Shown here piece by piece: positions 63,891 to 64,000 of a stretch of 64,000 bases of DNA (its first letter is position 1; each line of letters opens with the position of its first letter). This DNA comes from Entomortierella parvispora E1425. Taxonomy: Eukaryota; Fungi; Mortierellomycota. The translations under genes were made by a program, and so were the position numbers. The stretch lies in the NCBI GenBank assembly GCA_020891255.1, contig BQFW01000014.1, forward strand, positions 2,108,001 to 2,172,000, given 5' to 3'. The notes under the pieces were generated by a model. It was not told where the DNA came from. It made no database searches and worked only from the letters and a program-made list of their open reading frames with translations.

Positions 63891-64000
63891 GCTTTACCCT
63901 GTAGGTCCTTGTCTTTTTTTTTTTGCCGCAGCTTCATCCCAAGATGTCACAGAGGCAGAAAGAAGAATAGGCCCAAGGCCTTGCCCTCGATCATGTCCTG

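Overview
Intron-rich fungal DNA. Gene style and the Crinkler and Kelch-TM families point to Mortierellaceae (Mucoromycota); this is inferred, not verified. The backbone is housekeeping genes: ACO2-type aconitase, a PPR protein, SGD1/NOM1, RCL1, MED18, PARN, IPP-2/GLC8, ARH1, URA5, SPE3, an AHP1-type peroxiredoxin, pICln/LOT5, an ARO8/AADAT aminotransferase and BORCS8, plus one tRNA-Asp(GTC). Three accessory patches interrupt it. (1) At ~17.9-27.4 kb is a giant five-exon Fanzor1/TnpB-like RuvC nuclease gene (23061->17965, 1574 aa by my manual splicing). Its D-E-D triad and Zn finger are intact, a nested stem-loop omegaRNA candidate overlaps its 3' end, and an unknown multi-exon gene lies divergent from it. 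(2) At 4.3-7.4 kb is a Crinkler (CRN) NTPase gene whose central 566 bp are inverted between 5-bp inverted repeats; flipping them back restores the frame at both junctions. (3) At 41-42.5 kb and 60.3-64 kb are a decayed PD-(D/E)xK nuclease gene with a TA-flanked MITE-like element, an apparently intact CRN gene and a PrimPol/AEP relic. All family calls rest on motif recognition from memory; no searches were run.
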